Positions 21,501 through 25,176 of a stretch of 25,176 nt of DNA are shown one piece after another; the first letter of the stretch is position 1; every line of letters begins with the position of its first letter. The translations under genes were made by a program, and so were the position numbers. The stretch spans positions 1 to 25,176 of the forward strand of contig JANOXW010000255.1 of assembly GCA_031418635.1 (NCBI GenBank). Reading direction: 5' to 3'. The notes beneath the pieces were generated by a model. It searched no databases, was not told where the DNA came from, and saw nothing but the letters and a program-made list of their open reading frames with translations. Source of the DNA: Acidobacteriota bacterium. Lineage in GTDB: Bacteria; Acidobacteriota; Blastocatellia; Pyrinomonadales; Pyrinomonadaceae.

Positions 21501-21575
21501 TTGCGCGTTGGTCGGCAAAAACAGTAAAACTAAAATAAAATTGGCGGCAATTATTTCGATAAATCTATTTTTCAT
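18519..21575 (-). CDS. Secreted TPR-CHAT (caspase-like HetF/CHAT) protease with an N-terminal PPC-like beta-sandwich
   Basis: RBS AAGGAG spacing favours ATG 21575. Signal peptide (ILVLLFLPTNA-QSQ); PPC-like domain (KHLYKIHLENGQFV...); about 7 TPRs; CHAT motifs LLIVADGALQYVPFASL, IHFATHG (His codon 18945-18947), VVLSGCRTG (Cys codon 18798-18800), VVVSLWDVND, PYFWATF. Confidence 0.93.
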   Translation of the reverse strand: MKNRFIEIIAANFILVLLFLPTNAQSQTAEEVKTLSEGQAITREVSPKQKHLYKIHLENGQFVKISATSTNGIIAVSMFEPDGKFMLDGITVSSTNETETLNAAVRKAGDYQISVTTADKTDGNYRLNIIELRTATEKEFSYTDGKRIMSEMEILIKADSSFGNIQIAIKKFQEAIEKFQFAQAQKPEAVALDNIGILLTGLGERRKAIEFHQRSLEIFRAIGDKKQQSYALNSLGRVYAYLGERQKAIEILTESLALSKEVKNKKTEGIALNGIGAIYYRLQDAPRAESYHVAALKLFEETDDKYNQAITLNYMGNCVNENKDYQKAVEYYEKAIALHKSLSGRQPEPSYFSNLGRSYFQLGNTDKGFEYLNEALKIAQTQSDKSNEAFFLKTLGEFYLKLGKLAEATEFAEKSLDIYRTIEDPTRITKTLYLLTKIKSRLGKTDEAQTHIEEALNLIEGFRAEMSNNTLRDSFSTTIYNYYSAYIELLMQRQKLEPNKNFAELALQANERARARGLLNLLTESNIDIRQGVNESLLAKEKELGNSLTARFENLTKALSRKSEAVKIAELKNEIAQLRTDYEQTQSQIRRQNPRYAALKQPKTLTLKEIQSELLDTDSVLLEYALGEEKSYLWIVSKDNFRTVELPAKSIIEKTARQFYESLTARNKQIEFETANERADRIFITDSDLQKFSKELSQQILAPAAPFLESKRLLIVADGALQYVPFASLTVPKSKVQSPKSKVEERFLIEEHEIVNLPSASALAILRREMNGRPLAAKTLAVLADPIFDKTDERFQLMAEQNKPPTEFVAVSKKRLRSSDVGDMDLLRLPFTRREADSISALVAENQKEKMLDFAANRSSAMSPELANYRYIHFATHGFINNENPELSGIVFSTIDESGKEQDGFLRVNDIFNLKLPAEMVVLSGCRTGLGKEIRGEGLIGMTRGFMYAGAKRVVVSLWDVNDEGTAELMANFYREMLGGKKLSPASALRQAQISLLKDKRWQNPYFWATFTLQGEPK
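19347..19383. repeat. Perfect heptamer tandem repeat (GACTTTG)x5 inside the CHAT domain
   Basis: Five exact copies at 19347-19381 plus GA; translated as VPKSKVQSPKSKV between FASL and RFLIEEHEIV. Confidence 0.95.
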
Positions 21576-21766
21576 TTCCATCTCCTTCTCGCTTGTAAAA
21601 AAAATCGAATATTTAAGACAGAATCAATTTACCGAAAAGGCAGGTTGATAATCTTTAGAGAAATCTGAATGTTTTATGAATATTTTATGATGAAATTATT
21701 TGACGGTTGGGCATAATTTATCGCGTTTGCGGTGGTTTGTAAGTATTTATGCACACTATGCAGGCA

Positions 21767-21955
21767 AATTTTATCACTACAAAACTATTTCTTAGTGCTA
21801 CAAAGTCATTTCGTAGCGATACAAAACCATTTTGTAGTGGTATGAAATGACTTTGTAGTGCTATAAAATCATTTCGTAGTGGTATGAAATTATTTTGTAG
21901 TGCTACAAAACTATTTCGTAGTGGTATGAAACCATTTCGTAGTGATAGAAAATTA
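21767..21955. repeat. Tandem array of eight (plus one partial) 21-bp palindromic units
   Basis: Units start at 21788, 21809, 21830, 21851, 21872, 21893, 21914 and 21935; consensus TTTYGTAG-TG-STAYRAAA-NNA. The unit at 21893 (TTTTGTAG TG CTACAAAA) is a perfect 8-bp inverted repeat. Confidence 0.92.
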
Positions 21956-22079
21956 CTTTTTATCGCAAAAAAGGCGGTAAATTGACAGGAATCGGACAAA
22001 AAATAAACTGCATTAGCAAAAAATCTTTCAGATTCGGTTAAATTTATTGTTGCGCGATTGATTCATACACCAACTTCAA

Positions 22080-24236
22080 TTATTTTGTCTGCTTTGTTTT
22101 CGCTAAATCGTTGGCAATTCGCGCTGAAAGTTTGGAGATTGCGCCGACGTATTTCCAACCTGAAACACGCTTTCGAGTTGGATAAACGACGAAGCCTTGA
22201 GAATTTACAAGCCGCACAATCGCCGTCGTTGTTTCGTCTGTCGGATTGTTTGCGTCAGATTCGCGGCGCACAAAAATCATCAAACGCGCGTCAGCTTTTT
22301 CTTTCGGCACAATCGTAAAAGTTCCGTTTTTGAAAATCTCGGCAGAAATTTGTTCCTTAATTTGTCTGCTAAAACTTTCGTCGCCCGAAATATCGAGATA
22401 AATATGCTTGATTTCGCCCAAAGACTTTCCGCGTTTGATCGGACTGCGAACTTCTTTACGCTCATCAATATTATTGCCCTTTTCTCTAATCGGCAATCGC
22501 CAAACTTCCGTCGGGTTTGCATCGTTCGGTAAATTTTTCGGCTTGTTATTTTGCGCCTGTAACTCTTTTGGCGGAGTTTCAACCACGATTTCTTTTTTCG
22601 GCGCGACTCGCTTTTTATCTTCCGAGTTCGGCTTTTTGTCTTTTTTAATTACTGAATCGTTTTGTTCTTTAACCTTCGGCGGCGAAACGATTTTTTCGGA
22701 CGTTTCTTTGTCATCTTTGACAATTTCCTTTGATGGTTCGGGAATTTTGATGTCGTCCGTTTGCTTTTTCGGCGTTGGATTATCGTGAGCAACATCTTGT
22801 TTGTTCGCGCCAATCATTTGCCGATAAAACAGCCAACCGATTGACATTGCCAAAAGAATCAGTCCAAACGCCAACGCCGGTTTGAACGCCCAACTTAGAT
22901 TGTTGAACCAATTTGACAGCGAAAATCCGACGTTTTCGGAAGCCACAATCAAAGGTTTCGGCAATTCCGTTTCGGCATATTCGACACCGCAATTTATTCC
23001 GACGACTTCGCCGTATTCGTCCTTTGTCGGTTGCAAATTGAACGAAACTTTTTGTCCGCCTTCGAGCAAAACCGATTGGAGTTGATTGCCGTTTTCCAAG
23101 TCTTCAAAGCTCAAAAGATGCGTCGCTAAAATCACTTCGCCGTCTTTTTCAACTACGCGAACCTCGATTAATTCGGCTTCGTCGCCCAAATCGAAATTTA
23201 CTTGGTCGGTTTCTTCAAGATTGATTTTCGCTCTTTCGTTGCCGTCCACGACGACGCGCAAAAGGTTGGCGGACAGTGCGCGACGGCTTTCGGCTTGCGC
23301 CGCGAGAAGGTCTTTGATGGTTTGCAATTCGTCCGCTTCAAGATTCGGCGGATTGCGCCAATCGTCGTTGTTCTCGTTTGGTTGAATGTTTGAAAGCATA
23401 AATTTGGGAATCTCCATTTTTTCTTTGGGCGCAGGCAAATTCAAAGCGTCGGTCAAACGCGCAAAGCATTGCGGATGTAAAGCCGCGTGAATGCGGTTGA
23501 CCTCGATGCGATGTTCCGCGTCGGGATTTTGTTTGTCGAAATGAAACGGCGCGATGATGTCGTCAAACGGATTAAATTTGTCGGGAATCGCGCAAGAACT
23601 GTTCCAAGGCGTGAAAAATTGTAAGCAATCTTTCGCCGTTTCTGATAATTTTTCCGTGTCTGTTTGATGATTAAACCGTTCTTCGCCGCGATTGACTTTA
23701 ACGACTTCGAGAAGTTCGCCGAAACGCGCCTTTAATTCCTTCATCAAAACGCCTTTCCGCGAACGATAATAGTAATCGTCGTGAACTCGGTCAGCGTCTT
23801 GAACGACGATATTATAGATTTCCATCGCGTCATTCGTGCCGTAATTGTGCAAAATCCGCGAAATGCCAAGCGTTACATAAAACGAATTGCGCTTTAACGA
23901 AATACGAACTAAGTGTTTGATGAAATAGACGAGCAAGTTTCTTTCACTCGTCTTTTTCGTCGCTTCATTTTGTTTTTCAAAGTTCTCCGATTCGACAAAA
24001 ACGAGCCGTTGCAAAAGTTGTAAATCATTTAAAGAAACACGGCTGCGCGTCGCCCGCGAAGTTTCAGCGCGTCCGACGGGCGTGTAGTAATAGCGTTTGA
24101 ACTGCGCGTTGGAAGCGGTTTCGAGTTTGTTCATCGCAGACACAGCAATTTGCTTGGCGATGTCGCGCTTGCCATGTATAAAAAAAGCAAGCTGAAACGC
24201 CTTGTTAAGCCAATCGTCTATCTGATTTGTCTTCAT
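22080..24236 (-). CDS. Single-pass membrane protein; putative divergent ECF-sigma / zinc anti-sigma fusion with a periplasmic C-terminal domain
   Basis: 718 aa; no signal peptide. Residues 9-38 follow an ECF sigma2 pattern and residues 118-172 a sigma4 pattern. H250-x3-H254-x2-C257 plus C204/C215; one TM near residues 450-470; K/E/P-rich linker; alpha/beta C-terminal domain. The ORF is certain; the domain call is inference. Confidence 0.6.
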   Translation of the reverse strand: MKTNQIDDWLNKAFQLAFFIHGKRDIAKQIAVSAMNKLETASNAQFKRYYYTPVGRAETSRATRSRVSLNDLQLLQRLVFVESENFEKQNEATKKTSERNLLVYFIKHLVRISLKRNSFYVTLGISRILHNYGTNDAMEIYNIVVQDADRVHDDYYYRSRKGVLMKELKARFGELLEVVKVNRGEERFNHQTDTEKLSETAKDCLQFFTPWNSSCAIPDKFNPFDDIIAPFHFDKQNPDAEHRIEVNRIHAALHPQCFARLTDALNLPAPKEKMEIPKFMLSNIQPNENNDDWRNPPNLEADELQTIKDLLAAQAESRRALSANLLRVVVDGNERAKINLEETDQVNFDLGDEAELIEVRVVEKDGEVILATHLLSFEDLENGNQLQSVLLEGGQKVSFNLQPTKDEYGEVVGINCGVEYAETELPKPLIVASENVGFSLSNWFNNLSWAFKPALAFGLILLAMSIGWLFYRQMIGANKQDVAHDNPTPKKQTDDIKIPEPSKEIVKDDKETSEKIVSPPKVKEQNDSVIKKDKKPNSEDKKRVAPKKEIVVETPPKELQAQNNKPKNLPNDANPTEVWRLPIREKGNNIDERKEVRSPIKRGKSLGEIKHIYLDISGDESFSRQIKEQISAEIFKNGTFTIVPKEKADARLMIFVRRESDANNPTDETTTAIVRLVNSQGFVVYPTRKRVSGWKYVGAISKLSARIANDLAKTKQTK

Positions 24237-24247
24237 ATTACTGAATA

Positions 24248-24325
24248 GAATTAACAGGGATGAAGGAGATGAAGAGGATATAAAAAATCTTTTATCCCTT
24301 TCATCCTATTCATCCCTGTTAATTC
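24248..24325. repeat. Nonamer-built REP-like long hairpin immediately upstream of the 718-aa gene
   Basis: Perfect 17-bp outer arms GAATTAACAGGGATGAA / TTCATCCCTGTTAATTC, continuing imperfectly inward through GATGAA units. Confidence 0.88.
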
Positions 24326-24530
24326 TTCTTTAATTCATCGGTTAATTCTTCCTCGCTTAATCCACCAACATATTACTCCAACAAGCAAATTTCAGCGTGT
24401 AATTTTCGGAATTCACAAAATAACACGCAGTTAATTTTCAATGTGCGCGAAACTCATCGTGTTGATAACGAAAAATCAATCTGCTGAGAAGCGATTCTCA
24501 AGCAAAACTTTTTTGAAGGAACAAACATAA

Positions 24531-24926
24531 ATGAGAAGCACATTAAAAATTTTGAGTCTGATTATTTTGGTTTTGGCATTTGCCAGCCAAGCGAAAATCA
24601 ACGCCGCCGAAACCGCCGATTTTTCGGTTGAGGTTTTAGAGATAAAAGATTTGGGAATCTCGGCAAATGACGATTCCAAATCAATTGTCGAAGTGCGTTG
24701 GCGCGTCAATCCGACTCTCGTTGCCAATGTCGCTTCTTTCAATTTAGTTCTTTCCGTAACTTACGCCGACGGAACAACGACATATATCAAAAGACAAACC
24801 GATGGAAAATCGCTGTCAATGCGCGTCGAAGTTTCAAGCGTGAACATTTCAAAAGGTAAGTCCACAGCATTTATCAAAAAGCTGAACGCTACGGTAACTG
24901 CCGTGATTCCAGAAAAACAATTCTAA
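24531..24926 (+). CDS. Small secreted hypothetical protein, predicted beta-sandwich (Ig/Fn3-like)
   Basis: 131 aa; signal peptide ending ASQA; alternating beta-strand patterns (IVEVRWRV, FNLVLSVTY, MRVEV); GAAGGA RBS-like site upstream. Confidence 0.75.
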   Translation: MRSTLKILSLIILVLAFASQAKINAAETADFSVEVLEIKDLGISANDDSKSIVEVRWRVNPTLVANVASFNLVLSVTYADGTTTYIKRQTDGKSLSMRVEVSSVNISKGKSTAFIKKLNATVTAVIPEKQF

Positions 24927-24988
24927 ATTCCAAAACACAAACTTCTTAAATAAAAGAAGAGATAAAACTAAAAAGAGGACATAAAAAA

Positions 24989-25176
24989 ATGAAAAAATTA
25001 ACAGTAACAGCAATTTTCGGTTTGGCATTAGCCATCGCTTTAGGTTTCGGATTTATCCCGTCAATGGATCAATCAGCTGCTTGCGCCGATTGTAATAACG
25101 ACGACGCAACCGTCGCCAAGAAAATTTACGATAAGTTCACCGAGGAATGTGCCAAGTTGATTCCCGACCCGAAAGT
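24989..25176 (+). CDS. Secreted Cys-containing hypothetical protein, partial (runs off the window)
   Basis: Not in the ORF track. RBS AGAGGA; reads MKKLTVTAIFGLALAIALGFGFIPSMDQSAACADCNNDDATVAKKIYDKFTEECAKLIPDPK with no stop; hydrophobic N-terminus; C32, C35, C54. Confidence 0.8.
   Translation, partial: MKKLTVTAIFGLALAIALGFGFIPSMDQSAACADCNNDDATVAKKIYDKFTEECAKLIPDPK

Noticed and set aside
18519-21575. Type III-E CRISPR-associated protease (Csx29/Craspase)
   Set aside because: There is no Cas7-11, Csx30/31 or array, and the protein has a signal peptide. Only the CHAT family is shared.
21767-21955. CRISPR array
   Set aside because: The units are contiguous with no unique spacers, and no cas genes are in the window.
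21718-21999. 93-aa heptad-repeat ORF (LRNGFIP/LRNSFVA...) as a real protein
   Set aside because: TTG start with no RBS, invariant CTA Leu codons and mostly non-synonymous variation. It is better explained as a by-product of the 21-bp DNA palindrome array; not fully excluded.
24485-24500. Short palindrome TGAGAA-GCGA-TTCTCA as an operator for the divergent genes
   Set aside because: Only a 6-bp stem, a single occurrence and expected by chance; needs cross-genome conservation to support it.

Overview
The window looks like Acidobacteria (Blastocatellia-like); that taxon call is inferred from gene families only. It has four parts. (1) Positions 1-110 carry the 3' end of an IS5-family (ISL2/IS702-like) transposase and its probable terminal inverted repeat. 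(2) Positions 167-15089 form a carbohydrate-utilisation locus: a LacI regulator with a tandem operator, a TonB-dependent receptor, a secreted TPR protein, a GH3 BglX, a GH144-like beta-1,2-glucanase and a XylFGH-type sugar ABC importer. The ABC genes are split by a decayed toxin-antitoxin block (frameshifted parD, intact DUF433, PIN toxin with two in-frame stops). (3) Positions 15134-18256 encode a secreted VPS10/BNR-repeat protein. (4) Positions 18519-25176 are the best candidate for an undescribed system. It contains a secreted TPR-CHAT caspase-like protease with an intact His/Cys dyad and a (GACTTTG)5 tract upstream of its catalytic residues, an array of eight palindromic 21-bp units, and a 718-aa membrane protein that appears to fuse a divergent ECF-sigma-like region, an HxxxHxxC anti-sigma-like motif, a TM helix and a periplasmic domain. 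Two divergently transcribed small secreted proteins follow. Several REP-like hairpins built from 8-9-nt units lie in intergenic gaps. No rRNA, tRNA or CRISPR array was seen. All family calls come from motif recognition by eye; no database was searched.
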